DNA of 64,000 nt, from the NCBI GenBank assembly GCA_040954595.2, contig CM082593.2, positions 9,743,200 to 9,807,199 on the forward strand. The letters run 5' to 3'. Origin of the DNA: Balanoglossus misakiensis. Lineage: Eukaryota; Animalia; Hemichordata. Of the stretch, positions 22,687 through 38,408 are shown one piece after another. Made by a program: the position numbers and the translations under genes. Below the pieces are notes generated by a model. The model searched no databases. It had not been told where the DNA came from and was given only the letters and a program-made list of their open reading frames with translations. Each line of letters starts with the position of its first letter. Positions within the stretch are counted from its first letter, which is position 1.

Positions 22687-23242
22687 GTAAGTTGTCACAA
22701 TAATGTGAACAGTGAATATTTTGAAAACCAAGACTGATACCCGTGTCACTCCTGGGAATTGTTATGTGGGGAAAAATAAAATCATTTTTCTCATGTTATT
22801 TTTAACACCTGTTTACTCCAATAAAAGTGAGTGCATGTGTTTTCGAGTTCTCTTCAATCCAGAAGCCACTGTATAGGCCTTAGTTGGTGCATGTAGCTCC
22901 TAGACTTAGAAATAAAGACGCCTCAAGTCCAGTTGACCATCTCACACTTCTGGCACTGGTGGGATTCAAACCAACGCCATCGAAATGACTGCAGGTGTCT
23001 AAAACCCCTTGACTGTAGGACACAAATGCCTGACAGTGATATAACTATGTTATAATGTTACGTCGACACTACATAAGTTTGGGGATATGTTGTCTCAAAT
23101 GATGAAATTGAGAAAAATTATCCCCATCTTGTTATAATCTGAGCCCAGTTGTCTTTGGTGTGAGATTCCAGTAGTCAAGAGTAGGCTTACCTTGAATAAT
23201 GTAATGCTTGTAAATAATTTCTAATTTCCTCTTACCCTCCAG

Positions 23243-23365
23243 ATATGAATGAATGTCACAGTGGTGGAAATGCGTGTCAACACTATTGTCAGAATACCCA
23301 TGGTAGTTATCTCTGCGCTTGCAGACAAGGCTTCAATGTGCTGGAGGATGGCCATGCATGTGCAG
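23243..23365 (+). CDS. cbEGF exon C, unit 2
   Basis: Identical by eye to 7529-7651, splice sites intact. Confidence 0.9.
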
Positions 23366-23985
23366 GTATGTAACTGTGGATATTGATCTCTTCTGTGGCT
23401 ACACTGTTTGGGGATTGTATATTGCTATGGTTACAATAAAACATGCATCCTGTCTGTCCATTGCACACATTTTAAAATTTGAAATCAACCACACACTCGT
23501 ACTGAACACATGTTTGTTGAAATTGTATCTCAGAATTTTTCCATTTATAATTATGCATAATATAAACAAATTAACAAATGTGAAATTTTATCTTTGAAAA
23601 TTTGTTTGCAAGGGTGAAAAAGTAATCTGTTTTTTTAAAAATCAGACAAAGTTTTGCTGACAGGGTACACAAGTTTCAGGGGATTTTGTCAAAATGAGAA
23701 TGATAGAGAGTGTTAAAATTCCTAGAAAGAGATTGCCATGGATATTGAGGACTTTGGTGTAAAAACAATCAACTGATCAATTAATATGTGGTTACGAATA
23801 TGTGTCATCAACCTCACCTTCTATCCACAATGCTGGATCTATAGACAGTTTTAAAAGGGGTTTAAAAACTCGTCTTTTTATTCTGCACAATTTCATTCCA
23901 TTGCTTTTTTTGGTTTAAAGGGAATGTCTTTCAGAACTGTTTTGGTTTCTTTGGGGTTTTTAAGTGTAATTTTTTTATCCTTTAA

Positions 23986-26900
23986 AGAGCATATCTTAGC
24001 TCGAAACACACTTTGAGGATAAATAATAATTGGGCGTGTGTGTTAAATGCTGGTGTCCTTTTACTTATTTCATATGGATAAATAAATGTTAAATTTAAAA
24101 ATGTTCAGGGCCTGAGAAAAAACTTCTGTTTGGGCCACGCCCATTTCTGTGACGTCACAAGAGGAACCCATTTACGTTTGCAAGACTGTACATTGCAGTG
24201 GTTGAATTGCAATCATACATGTCTGTGATCTAAACAGCTTTGCTGGGTCAGCCTCTGGATCCCCCGTTCCATTCAAAATAAATGTACATATATACCTTTT
24301 CATCTAGGGGAGATGCGATTATGAAAAAAATAACACTACTCGGCCCGGTTAGGCTACGGCTACGCATTGCAAGCAGTACACAACATGCAATGGCAGCGGA
24401 TGTGTATAGGCACCTTACACATACAATGATTGCTGCCTCGATTAAGATGGGTCCCCCGTATCTTTTTGCTCGTTTCTATGGGCCTTTATAGGACACTACA
24501 CTCAATTTTGATCGAAACCGTTATGAACGTCCGACAAGGGGCTTGTAACTAGTTAAAAATACACACGATCGTGTGCACACCCCCTGTCCGAGTATGTTTA
24601 CGGCAGCTACCGCCCGGCCATAGGCCGCCACGCTAATACGGCAAAGCAGCGGTCAGCGATGGTGTGCGCGTCATGTAACCACAGTAACTGGATCGAACGC
24701 TAAAAATCCAATGTTTTGTACACAGAGATTTTGTACCGTTCACGAAAATCCCTAAGGCTTTTTTCATAGGCCACGTACGCCAGTCAAATTTGACCTGCTT
24801 GTTGAGAACGCACTTCCACACAGTGTGACGGATCGTTTTTTCGGTTTTCGTCGTGCTAAGAAGCGATACCGGTGGAAGAGTGCGTCCAAAAACACCTAAA
24901 ATCGATGACTTTTTCTGCTGTGGTACGGGTATGCTGAAATCGTAGGATACAACGATAATATTCAAAAACAAAATCCGTCACGATCTTCCCTGGTTCAAGC
25001 AACTAATGAATACGTATCAAGTTCGTTTTTGAGGTCACGGAATAAAAAGCCTTAGGCTTTTGAAATTTGACCTAGCTAATTTGCATATCAATGGCGTCAG
25101 GGGGCGCGCGCTCACAATCGTGCAGATTTTCAACTAGTTACCAGCCCCTTGTGAGACTCTGAAAACGGCTTAGTCCAAATCGGGGTGTAATGTCCTGCAA
25201 AGGCCCATAGCAACGGGCAAAAAGATCCGGGGGACCCATCTTAAACCGTGGAATATTGCCCAGAGGTTTAGGACTAGAGTGTTGGGTCTCAATCTACTTA
25301 TCTTGGACAATGTCAACTTATTGACAACTGATATATCGTGGTCTTTTGGCGATTTTCGATCACTGCCTCAACAGACAAAATACGCGCGTGTTATTACAAG
25401 GGAACTCCATCAGCGCCGATGCGTGTACACGCAGTCAGCAGCGATGACACATATCGCGCCGCGATGTATATGTACCATGCCAGCACTAAAATTCTGTCTT
25501 CTGAATTACATGTAAGCTATATGCCTTTTTGGTGATGACAAACAGAAACATTTATGACTTGTCGCTGTAATCATGAAAGTTCCTTCACATGCTTCATACT
25601 GCATTATAACAAAATGAAACCATACAACCAACAGCAACAGGCGATCATGCCGGGCCGACCCACTCACGCTCACAAAGCATGAAACATTTTCATTGATACA
25701 CACGAATATCCAAGTTTGGAAACGGTTTTCACTCACACGAGGCAAAATTTATTCAACACATTTTGTTTCAAAATTTGTACAGTGTGTTTTGGAGCCGATG
25801 AGTCGGACATAGTGCGTTCAAGTTTTCACATTGATTGCTGTCAACCTTAATTATCGAAGTTTGCGGTCCCTGGGTACCGGGTAGCCAGACGAAAGAGTGA
25901 ATAATTATAAGCAATCTCGACATGATGTCGGCCAGCGTAAAATTGTGTTTACGCATCCTGCCAGTTCACCTACTACTGTGTAATCGCGGTCGCTGGAACA
26001 CTGAATGAACACCAATATCGGGTATAAACGATCAGTTGTGCTCTGAATTGAATATTGATCACTGGTCGACCTCTCCTACTGACAGGCTTCTATTTTCCTG
26101 TAAGGGTGTGGATTGTCTTCTCGTGATTCAAACTTGGCCGATTATCATTCAACGGTCATGCATTGACAGTTACGGCCGCCGCCGCCGGATGGCTTCATAT
26201 CCACCGTACAATATCGATGATCGTGGCATAGACTTTCATTGGTTTTCGGGGAATTCACACGGGTGACTTCCGTCTAGGTAATGTGTTGCTGCAACCACGG
26301 CAACCACCTCTTTTTCCCATTGTGGTATTACACAGAAAAGCACGAAAACACCGTATGTGGAAATTTCAGAAAATGAGCATTTTAAAAGCATGTCAGGCAT
26401 TTTTTGGTACAAGCTGGGAACAAGTTGTTTTTGGATATTTCGAATACGCTGATTTCGAATTTGCCTGTTCCCAAAAATTCTTTTCACGTTTTCATGTCGA
26501 AAATGGCAAATTAATTTGTGACGTCATAATTTCAAAATACCTAAAAGAAAACGCTGTTTGTAGCCATTATGGTGCAATATCACAGGTCAACACCATAATA
26601 GTCTATTGAAATCGTATTCTTATATTCATTTAAATACTTTTAAACAATTTGTTTAATTTAGAAACATTTGGTGAATTGGTAAAAATGCTAATTTATGTTA
26701 ATTAGGTGACACACCCATCTAAAATCAATGGGTCTACAAAAGAGAGCCAACGGTGTTAAGTGAGGTGTCTATTCCAATGTTTTCAGGGTCAAGGAATTCA
26801 AATATGCAATCGGTTACCTTGTCAGACAAGGTGCAGCATGGAAAATATGCAAAATTAGCTTAATTAGTCATGATGTCATGCTAAAATTGACAACTGAAAG

Positions 26901-29900
26901 CTAAAGATACGACTATGGCCTGTGAGGTGTCTATTCATATGTTTTTTGACAAATGTTTGCATTTTAATGAATAACTGAAATGAAACTTTCCATATTAGTA
27001 TGTAATAGCATGTAAAAAACAACAAAAACAAACAAACTAACAAACAAACAAACAAATAAACATACACAACAAGGATTTAGTTTAGACTGTACATGCTCGC
27101 TGGTAACATCGTGACCAACCGCTCCGTTAAAAAACACCAGAACAAAGAACGTATGAACGTTTAGGTCCACAATTCACAAGTTATTGAACTATGAATGTAT
27201 GTTCAATGCTGTGAAAAGCCAAAAACATACTTTTTGCCAAAAAAATGACATTTGTTAACGTACAAGTTGTTCATTAATAGCGAAAGCACCGTATGGCCAC
27301 ACTCACATTATGCCAGCACCGTATATTCATGCTTAGTTATAAGACGTTGAATGCACACTGATGGCCCGACGTCCTCATTGTTTTTTTGAAACCCGGTCTC
27401 TAACAACAATTTCTCTTCATAAGTAAAGAGTAATGTGTATTTTTATTACGGTTTTATATATGATACTGTGTGCAAAGTGAAGATTGTGTGTCAGTGAGGC
27501 AACATATATACATGTATATTTAATCCACTTGGGTGTCGTACTTGGCTCAGATGTGTGTTAATGTGTACTAAACAAATTCAGAGAGCGAGCCGCCAATACA
27601 GATAATCTCACCCACAAAATACCAATTATAAAAAAACAAAATAAATTCATATTACAATATTTGAAACAAGAAACTGCTCAAAGAGTAATTTTCAAAATAT
27701 TTATCATCACTAAACTAGTTATAGGGGTAAATACAGGATCGAGATTCAGTCGCTAAAGAAATTCAAGTTTGGTAATAACACCGGTTACAACAAACTTAGT
27801 TAAAACATTGTATAGCCATAGATATATTATAATAGTGGCCTGGCATAAACAAAATTTTCATAACATTTGGGCATTTTGTGATAAAAGTTTAACAAGTAAA
27901 GCTCAGTTGATTCGTTCTTTTCCCCATAAAAATATCTTTGATGAACAAAATTCCAAATTTAGTCAACCCAGGAAAAACGGCATCTTGTTTCTCAACCTTA
28001 TAAATTGATCTGACCAGTTTGAATCAGTGCAGAATCTAGCTTTTCTATTTTATCTTCATCAAATGATTCATGCAAATAAAGAATCACTTCCCCATAAAAT
28101 GGTGGCAGAAATCCAGTATCATGACAGTCGATTGGTTTGTTAAAGTTACTATAGAAACTAACTATGTCTAGGTTGCATGTACATAGATAGATGTTAGGAA
28201 TCCAAATCAAAATCTGTTTCAAACTTTTCATCCAATACTTGTCCTTCGGAAAGCGTTTTGATGAAGTCGCTTGAAGTGCTTTGTATTGCTCAAGTTATCG
28301 AAAATTTTAATCGCACCTTGATGATAGTCAGCAGTTCTATTTTGACATGTTATTTTGTGTATTTTTGAACCCCCAAAATCAAAGAATAAAATGATAAAGT
28401 GAAAATAAGCTTCAAAACACCAAAAGTCTTCAGGATCACAGCTTTTCTGTAAAGAGTAAGATTTCGCTTACTTCATGCTATTAAATGAAATGAAGTTTTC
28501 CGTAATATCTCTTGCAAAGTCAGATTACACATTGAGATATTAGAATGGAAGTACATTCCAAGTGACTTGTTGGGAGCATTGGGCCACCTAATCCCAGAAA
28601 ATTGCAATAAGACCTGTTTTTCCATTTACCAATCTAAAGGCCAACTGCTTGTATATTTAGTTGGGTTTCTATAATTAACACACATTTTTGACAATATTTA
28701 TGGCATGATGGACACTATTCTCGACAAATAAAATAATGTTGTGTCCTCCGCTGTAATTTTTATGAGTTTGGAATCATAGACACCATTTATTTTTTGGTCA
28801 ACTCTGTTAACAGTCGACAAAATTGCTGGAGTGGAACTGATACATGATCTAAAGTATCAAGACATATGGTCGATTATTAGCGTTTCAGCAATTCGACTTA
28901 AGTTTCTTAAATTTCCTATGGCATTTTGACAAACATCAACGCCCCGAAAAAACGTTGTCAACGCTGCGGTCGCGATTGTGGTCGAAACAAAGCCGACATT
29001 TTCGCATGGTTCGTTACCTGGGGTCCATTTAGATTGCATTGCGTTTGAGGCCCTATGTGTACGTATGTCTGTCGACCAATACACGTGACGACCGCGGACT
29101 CAGTTTGGATCAACGTCTATTTCGGGCAGTAGACTCTCCTATCAAGTTGATAAGGAAATTTTACCAGTCACGAGTAAGCCAAGCCCACATCCGTGTGCAA
29201 ATCTGATATATCGGTGATCTGTTTATATGATTATCATTAGCTAAGGTGGTAAACTGTTGTGATTCATATGTGTAATTTACGTACTGCAAGTTAAATATCG
29301 CAATTAGCCTAATGTTTGACCATAGACAGTATGCTTTGATTTCTAGAAGAGCACCTATTAATCCGAGAACAAAGGGATTAAAAGTTACGCCGTTAAATTG
29401 TGTTTTAATAACTTACTTACCCTATAAGTAGTTTAGTAACCATAATATCTTTGAAAATCATTCTTTCCACAGTTCCTTGTATCAAATATAGAAATCTAAA
29501 TTTATTTTGGTGTTCACAGATGTTATTTGGTGGGTGAAATTATCTGTATTGGTGGCCATTTTGAAAAATTGGTTGCCATGGAAACTCATCAACAGATATT
29601 TAGTAGCTCGCTATCTGAATTTGTTTAGTACACATTAACACACATCTGAGCCAAGTTTGGTGCTTTTATCACAAAATGCACAATCGCTATGAAAATTAGG
29701 GTTTGGCCGCTCCACTACAGGGCTTTAGACGGCCATATTGAATTGCCACATCGAGGCTCTTATCTCAAAATGCACTTCACACTTGAAGTATTGTTTTGAA
29801 CAAGGTTTAAGTCCTTTATTAAAATAAAGAAAAGGTAATTTTTTCCAATGGTTGTGAGTTTTCAGTACATGTACTGTTACACCTAGCTTTATTATTATTT

Positions 29901-30471
29901 GGTAGCCAAAAATCAACGAATTATTCATACAATATGCAAATTTGTGCATAATTATTGTTTTATTATTGCTATTTTGTGTTTATACAACCAAACAAGTTGT
30001 TGATGTAAACATGTAGTTTATTTTCATTGTTTAAGGAGGTACGTGAACATTTCTTTGATGCTATTCATGTGAGAATTGCGATCCTTGGCGGCCATATTTG
30101 ATTTGCCAAAACGAGGCTCTTATCTCAAAAAGATCTTTTGGGAACAGGCATTTTCGAAATCAGCGTAGTCGAATTGACCAAAAAACATATTTGGTTTGCT
30201 TGTACCAAAAAATGCCAGAGGGGGTCACAATTTCTCAAATCTCCACCTGACTATGAAGGGTTCCTCTTGTGACGTCACGTCACATGACCAAAATGCAGCA
30301 AATCTGAACTCAGATTTTCAGGACAGGGTGGATTTTGAAGTATTTTATGAGAACAAAACAAATATTATAGAAATCGATACCCGAAAAATATTGTCACTTT
30401 TGGTAAATATTAGATTTCTTTCAATCATTTTTTAACCTTCTGATAAGATTTAAAAAGGCAAGATATGCTCT
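23986..30471. mobile_element. Kolobok-like nested element, unit 2
   Basis: Same TIR and TTAA TSD as 8272-14757. Confidence 0.78.
24446..25240. mobile_element. TTAA-flanked long-TIR element, unit 2
   Basis: Copy of 8732-9526. Confidence 0.82.
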
Positions 30472-30598
30472 TTAAGCTTTCACTTGTTTTCCAATTTTAT
30501 TATTTTCAGTAGAAAATGCACTAAGATGTATGTGTATTACGTTTGTCAGGATATAAATAATAATAAAATTAAAAATAATAAACTATCTTTGATTTCAG

Positions 30599-30706
30599 AT
30601 GTCAATAAGAGAGCAGATCTTTGTGAAGGCCAGTGTGTGAATACAGCAGGCTCTTTTTATTGCACTTGTTCTGTGGGATATTGATTGGTCAATGGAGAGT
30701 GTACAG
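30599..30706 (+). pseudogene. EGF-like exon D with premature stop, unit 2
   Basis: Same sequence, TGA at 30682-30684. Confidence 0.86.
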
Positions 30707-31562
30707 GTAAGACCAGCACAATATGTGGACAACGAAAGGTCCAGTATCTGTAACTTTTGAATTTTTATTCAGTATTTTTCTGGTTATCAACCATCATTTC
30801 TTGTTCAGCTCGATGAAGCAGGGTAAGCAATGTTGTTATGTTTAAACATTGTATTCAAGCCTGGGTCTGGACTTGGATGCAATTTGTCAATAATAACAGT
30901 GATTGGTAACTGCATGTTTACATAACTGGCTAACTGTTAAAGAGACCAGCTGTTCTATTTGGTGTGTGTACAGTACACATGCCATTGGCAGCTTATGGGT
31001 CAGCCAATGTTTGCCTGTTGATCTCTTGATGTGTGTGTGTGTGTGTGTCTGTCTGTATATGTACTCTGGTGTAGACTTTTTTCTTGTATTATCCGTGAAT
31101 GGGACCACCGTGTACTTAACGCAATTTCTTACACTCATCAGGGATATTTTGGCTTGTCTAACACGAGCTAAAAATATCCCCAACTCGTCTGAGAAATCTT
31201 TTACCAGGTCCTAAGGTTGTGAGACTAATAGAATCTCACACTCCCAAGGACTTGGGATCATATTTCTCACATGTGTTGAGGATTTTCTGTCCCAAACAAG
31301 CTGCAGGCGAGTGTGGGACAAAATATCCCTGACGAGTGTGAGAAATATGATCCCAGGTCCTTGGTGTGTGAGATTATATTTCTCACACGGCCACAAATTA
31401 GCCAAATTCGTTTAAAAACATTAAATAAATGACTCTTGAACTGTCATCTGGCACGTTGTAGTTTCTGTATCATAGGATAACATTTAGCTTTGTCATCCAA
31501 TCTGAATCAGCGCTCGTGTCATATACAGCTTTCGATTCAGTGAGAATGTGTGATTGATTTGT

Positions 31563-32721
31563 TGTTCATTGTTCAGGTGCACAACAGTGCACGTTAATTG
31601 ATTGTCAAGGCCTCCAGCCCATAGGTAAGAGGGCATAAAGGTAATCAGAAAATTGTACGAAAATGAAATAAATAATACATGTACTCAAATAATATAAATG
31701 ACAACATCAAGCAGCACTTGTGTGGAAGTACGTACTCGGGATACAAAGTGAGGAACTTAGCAGATTAAGTTTTTTAACACATTTTCTCTAAGTTTAAAGG
31801 CATTGTAAACATAAATACTTGAGGATTCTGATGCGCTCATGATATTAACAAACATTTGAATGTGGGGAATTTTAGTGTAACCAATATATTGTTTTCTAAG
31901 ACTGTCATATAAGGGGCAAACAAGTAAAAAGTGATACTCGTCTTCTATTTGTTCACCAGAGCATAGCCTACAGTGTCTCTCTGAAACGTCCACGTTCTGA
32001 TCTCTTCCCTCCTCTATTGCAAGAGGAAGGGCAGAACAGCGAAAACATGCAAAAATGTCTTTGACATTACGTGTACAGTTGACATTAACTACTTTTCAGG
32101 CTGTAACAATGATTTAAAATGTGTGTATGTACGGAGTTTGGTTTTGGACGGACAGTGTGATTTCCATTGTTGCTTCAAAATATCTGAAATTCTTGTCTCA
32201 AATGCTGAAAGGAACAAACGCTTATCGCCTCTTTCCTGAGAAATCCAGGCGAAAATAAAATGTGTTTCACCGATGTTGCCCAAGTGTGACGGCCTAAACA
32301 GTCAAGATTACGTATGTAGCATTAAATATGCTTGCCTAGGGAGTCTTTCCTGTGGCATCTCTATAAGTTTCACCCAGTAACGAATACAACGTTTCATTGT
32401 GTGAACATACACTGGCAACCGCCCACATTCTCCAATTACAGCTTCATTGGTAGTGCTCCTTGGCACACCTAGAAAAATTCTGCACCATGTTCTTTGCACT
32501 TTTTCTATGATGTCATAAAACTCAAGTCTCCGATCCATAACAAAGAATGGGTAAGATCATGGCATCAAACACCTTGAAGTGACATTCAAATGGCATATAC
32601 CCTAGTTTCCACCTGGCAACTGAGAGTAGAGACAACACCTTGCTGGCTTGATTAGCCAATGTTTGCACTGCTCTGGACCAGGTGTTGCGATTAAACAAAA
32701 GTGAACCTAGGAGTTTGAACA
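31563..32721 (-). mobile_element. RTE-X-like LINE fragment, unit 2
   Basis: ORFs 31757-32794 repeat unit 1. Confidence 0.83.
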
Positions 32722-35700
32722 ATGTCCTTGTAATAGACAGGTTTTGGTTGAGACAGGTTTTACTGTATTTTGATACATGCTCTGGCTTAACCATTTCACC
32801 ACCATGGTACAGTCCAAACCCGTTGTTTTCTATGGTAAGGTTGGACCTCTAAAAAGGGAACTGGGAGGTTCTTTCTGGGAATCTCTTTATTTCTTCTGTC
32901 ACAAAAATTGCATGGGAGTTCTAATTCTAAAAGGAGCACTGATTTGATAAAATATCTCAAAGTCAAGTTTTGGATGTGGCTCCAGTTCAAGTATTGTAGG
33001 TGACTAGTTTTCCGGAGTTCAAGTCTGTATACTTGCAGTAGAGTTGGTCACATGGACTTGGGTAATCTGAGTGTGGTCAGAAATTGAACTTACACACACA
33101 CATTGATTGAGTTAAGAACATGTCTGGTGTATTACTGTAATATGACTAGATACTGCAAATGCATACACAATAAGCGTATGTTAAAATACACAGTTTTCAT
33201 TGATATATCTGATTCATGAAATTAAATACACATGTTCATTAAAACCCACTATGATAGAGCACCCCCACTGTTCAGAATGTCAGTTTTGAAGTCCTATATC
33301 TATGACGTCATGCCTAGCTGTCAATGTTAACTGATGTGTACTTGTACTACTTGTAAATGGAAGTACTTTAAAGTAAAGCTCAGATGTAAGGGTTTTGTAA
33401 AATAAATATAATATTAAAACATTGCAATCATTTTAGTCCTTCGGAACAGCGGTTCAATTGACTAATGTGATCACTCTGTGTGCGGCATATGGCATATTAA
33501 GCATTTAGTATTTTTCAATCAGAAGCCATTAATCCTGTGATTAATTCTGCTTCTTGCAACACTGATTTTAAATCACCACACATGAATATTTTTATCCAAA
33601 GGACTGTGGTGCCCAAGTTTTTATGATAAGATAAACAAACAGTGAAATTCACTGAAGAAGTGAGTGAGCACTTGGCCTATCATTGTTCAATGAAATGTGA
33701 CCACCAATTCATTGACGCCTTGAGCATAGCAACAACAACCTGTGTATTGACGATACTGCCTGTAGCCTTTCAGTTGATGTTGCTTGATGTACATATATGA
33801 CTGGAGTCGATCATTTGTGTTTTTTGTTGCATTGTTATTTTTAACAGCGTATTAAGCAATTTTTGTTTGAGTTCATCATTCAGTGATGGTAGCTGACTAA
33901 AATCAGTGATTGTCGTCAGGTTATGTATTTCAATTTTCAGGATGACTGCTTTTGTAATAAATTCACAAGTTCTGTGACCGTCACAATAGTGTTCTGAATT
34001 ATTGGTTTGTTTTCCTGTAGTGTGCATTTACATGTTCCCAGATAGGAAGTTTTAATGGGTATTAGTGTCAACATCCAGAAGTGACTTGAGGCCAGTGAAC
34101 TTGCAGTTGTGTGTAGTTTGGATATTAGCTTGTGGTGATATTAACATGGCGAATATCAAAATAGTACAAACAAATGTTTAAAACAGGACATATCCATAGC
34201 TTTCCCTTTCATAATTGGACTGTATTGTTATTGAAGTACAAAGACTTTCCAGCAACATGACATGGCTGGATTTTTTTGTAGGAAACAAGTCCGGCTGCTA
34301 TTTGCTGTCTTTGTATTACACTACTAGTAACATCTCCATTTCTAGCTTTGCACCTCACATTCAATGAATAGACCTGTGGATGTTTTGACACTTCTCGTCA
34401 ATGAATGTGTATGGCTGCAGTTTATCAAATGATACACAAATCAAAGGAACAAACAGTGACTTTTATTTCTTTTGAGAACCTTGCATTCTTATATTTAAAT
34501 GCTCACTCACTGGCCCCAATTGCAAAATAGCAACATTTAATACATGCGATATTCAATGCGTTTACAGTATTCAAAAATGTTTGAAATTGAATATTGTGCC
34601 AAAGAGTGGTGTTGTCAGTCCAAATATCAAAGCATTGAATGATTGTTCACAGTTTCCTGTATGGTTTGGCCCACCTCTTGTGAAAAGATGACTTGTGATA
34701 TAGTGTTGTACATTGAAAAGAAATATATATACATGTATTTTAAATAATTCATATTTTCAATCTAGAAGTGGGAGCTGCTTCCTCAAGATATAATTGACTG
34801 TCAGAATGAAAGGCAAGCGATTCACACAAGTTAACTCCAACACAACAACTCTTCAATTAAATAATTGACATCAGATAACCACAAAGGCATTATTCAAATA
34901 AATTGTATAAATGCAGTTACAAGATTTGATGTCTGAAATTTACTGATATGTGTAGATTTTGTCAGCATTTCCCTTCCTGGGTTACTTTGCGATTAGTTGT
35001 TTTGCGTAGTAGAATGGAACAGTGCCCGGTCCGGATTGGTCACATTAATGTTCAGAGAGAAAGTTAATTTGGCAACTGCTCATTGTATGAAAGGTCATAG
35101 GGTTAAGATGTCTTATGTCAAAGTCACTTATGAATCCCTTAAAGATAAATGTAATGTAATGTAATCTTATTGACAGATAAGCCAGCAACAACAGAGAAAT
35201 GTTATACACCCAAATGCTATCAACGAGGTGAGCTTCTGATAAGGACAAAAAAAGAGTTTTGTTTAGCGCGTAGGAAAATGTCAAAAATTTTAGTTATGGT
35301 AAACAACCAACACGCAAACATTTATTTTCTTTTCAATTGTTTGATAAAATTATTATAACTATCCCAAAATTTGCAGCTTGTGTGCCTTTAAAATTCAAAT
35401 TCCTGTCCAAAGGGTGTCTACCCCTGCTGGTCAACTGTTATATAGGCAATTTACACAAACACGTACCAGTATAGATTCGACCACAGTCCTGTTGGCAAAC
35501 ATGCTCCAATGGTCTTTGCAGACAACCATCATAAATGCATGAAACGCAGCACGCTCATTCAGTCCGATAATAGGTGCTAAAACATAACATTTTGACATCA
35601 CTAACATTTTTCCCAGTGACCAAATTTTCTCAGTTTGAATCGACTGTTGATTTTGTGGAAACATTAACATGGCCAGTTTTGTCCAGTGGCTGTGATTGAA

Positions 35701-37343
35701 ACCATCTCCAATACCAGAAAAATGCTGATCCAAAACAAACGTTAAGCACAAATTGTCATTTTGACTCGTATACTCAGAGTTTCGGAAACTTGATCAAGTA
35801 ATATGACTTCAGAGAGGGGGGGGGGGGGAGCAGTATCCCCTTCCATTTATTGGCTGTTTAAACAGATGTGTCAGTTATGTTGAAGCATTCTTCTTGCTTT
35901 ATGCAGATGCAATTTGCGCCCCCATCCTCTACATACTGTAATCAGTCTCAGTGTTTGCCTGCTCGAGATTGTCAGTTTTTCATTAAAAGGAAATATTCAT
36001 TTAAATTAAGCTTTAAATAATCTTATATATGATATTAATTATGTCTATTAAATGACATTTCATAATATATCAAGATCAACACTTATGTATGACAAAACAG
36101 GCCAAAAATGAAAGAAAATCTAAAATTCCTGTATTTTTTAAAAAGTGCAATTTTGCAATGAAAAATGAAAATCTAATGTTTCAGCGGTGTACATTTACTT
36201 GCATGAGTTCTAGTGGAGGAGATCATGTTTTGTTTATGAAGTTCAATAGTCAGAAATGCAACGTTTTCATTGTTTCTTGCATTTCCCACGGTGGCAGCCA
36301 TATTCCTTTATGGCAAAGCTTTATTATTTATCTGGTTAAAACTTGCAAATGCACTCATATTTAGGGTTAAAAATACTTGTATACAGTTCAGTGCCTACAT
36401 CTGCATGGACTAATACTAGTAAAGTTTGAAAAAAAATGATAATTATCCCTAAAGTTTCAACTTATATGCCTGTAAGCGACATACCTTGTATGTGCATGAA
36501 TTTGTCGTCAACCGGAAACGGATTACTTGTATGAAAATGTTTGGAGTTCTCGCAGCGATTTTAAATTCACCACTATTTTCTTGGGCTGGCCATCTGAAAG
36601 GCAGCATGGTTGTCAAAGGATAAATCTTTTATGTCAACCGAGCAACATATTTAATATCATGAAGTGTACACAACATTTGCACTGCTGGAACTATCATGAC
36701 CACAATACTTGTTTACAATACTTGTTTACCATGGAGGTCAACTGGACCCCTATAAAAACGGTAGAACCGTTTTAATCCAGCTGACTTTCAAATTGCAAAG
36801 TACCGTCACAATCAAATTTGATAAGCCTATTTATATGCATTAATTCAAGTTTAAAGGAAAACTCATGAAAAAATGTGCGTTTTGTGTTTACCCCACTGTG
36901 TTCACTGATCAGGTTTGCAAAATACATTCAACCTTATGTAGTATGGTAATCAAACACTTAAAATGTGATGTCATATAACAAAGGCGTGTTGAAATACCCT
37001 GAAAGAAATAAAGTGTCTGTTTTACTTCTTACAATATACCATGCCAACAATTCTGCTGATGCAAAATTCAGTTGATGCAACACTTACAGATGTATGCACA
37101 GAACATAAAATCAGTATGGGAACCCTCCATTAAAACTTTTGCACTTTGTACCTGACTTGGCTATTGTCAAGTCGTGTCACTTAATATGTAATATTACCTG
37201 TAATCTGTTTGGTTTTGTTATTATTTTGTTATTTCATGCGTCCTTGAGCTTGGTGGGTGACACACTTTACACACCTGCTTGTTGCATGCATGGCACTATT
37301 TTTTGACTAAAAATGTTCCTTCCAGGCCATTAAATTACCTATA

Positions 37344-37518
37344 CAGTAAAACTCCAATTATCCATATCCAATTATCCGAACTGTTTGGTTATCCAAACTG
37401 CTGTCATGTCCCCCAAACAGTTCTTTTGTATAGGATCGCTATCCGAATAACCGAACTGTCTGCATATCCGAACAAAATCAATGTCCCCCTGTCAGTTCGG
37501 ATAATTGGAGTTTTACTG
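37344..37518. mobile_element. Tc1/mariner MITE, unit 2
   Basis: Copy of 21403-21577. Confidence 0.88.
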
Positions 37519-38408
37519 TATTGGGATATATCTTCATTTTGGCAATTTGTACGATGGGTAAACACTATTTGACGGGTGGAGAAGGCCTGCTTATTGATAT
37601 GTATTCTATTGCAACCAATCAGTACACATAGTTAGAGACTGCTCAGCACTCCAGATCTTATATCGAGAGCGGCCACTGTTTCGCGAGTATAAATTTTCGC
37701 GTTCTCTTATTTCATTCACTGCATCGTTATCTTCAAAAAAAATTACGTGACACTTTATTTTTACACTATTTTGGCACTTGCGTATTTGGCGAAAATGTAT
37801 TGCTCGCGAAAAATTAAAGCCGCTTGCACACGTGCCATTGTTAGGGCGCCCTTTTTGGGATTATAAAATTTGGTAAACATTTCTTATCAGTGACTCAAAT
37901 ACTTTTGCATGCACATGTGTATAAAAGGGACAGGGTCATCGCCCTCTACGCGCGTCCACAGCAGCGTGACTAAAGGTCACAATGTTCACACGTGATTTGA
38001 GTCGCTGTTTAGTGCAGCGCCCCGACCCAGGTCCCACCCCTCAACACCGTCCCCAAAAAAGCCGCTCTCACCTTTTCACACGTGGCACTTACAAATTAAC
38101 GCCGCCCTAGGGCCGCTGCTGGGGCGGCGTTGATGGCACGTGTGAAAGGCACTAAAGTGTTTTACAGTATGTACTTTTTAATCCCTTCAAATATTTGAAT
38201 ATGATTAATTCCATGATAAGTGGGACAAGAAACCACAGTTGATACCCCAAAAAAATATTGAGAAAATAACCCGAACTTGGAGTTACTGAGCTTTAAATTG
38301 ATTTCAATAATCTCCCAAGTGAAAATTGGCTGAAGCTCCTGTAGTCAGTTACCTGTTGGTAGATTGACACATGACAATGATTGACTGTTTACACTATTGA
38401 TCTTTTAG

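Larger units (their letters stand above)
7078..22791 (+). repeat. Large tandem repeat unit 1 (15,714 bp)
   Basis: CATGTTATTTTTAACACCTG starts at 7078, 22792 and 38733. The ORF track repeats at matching offsets. Confidence 0.98.

Noticed and set aside
7078-22791. The 16 kb unit as a Helitron, Polinton/Maverick or endogenous virus
   Set aside because: No Rep/helicase, polB, integrase or capsid ORFs, and no TC...CTRR ends or TIRs. The content is host exons, introns and decayed TEs.
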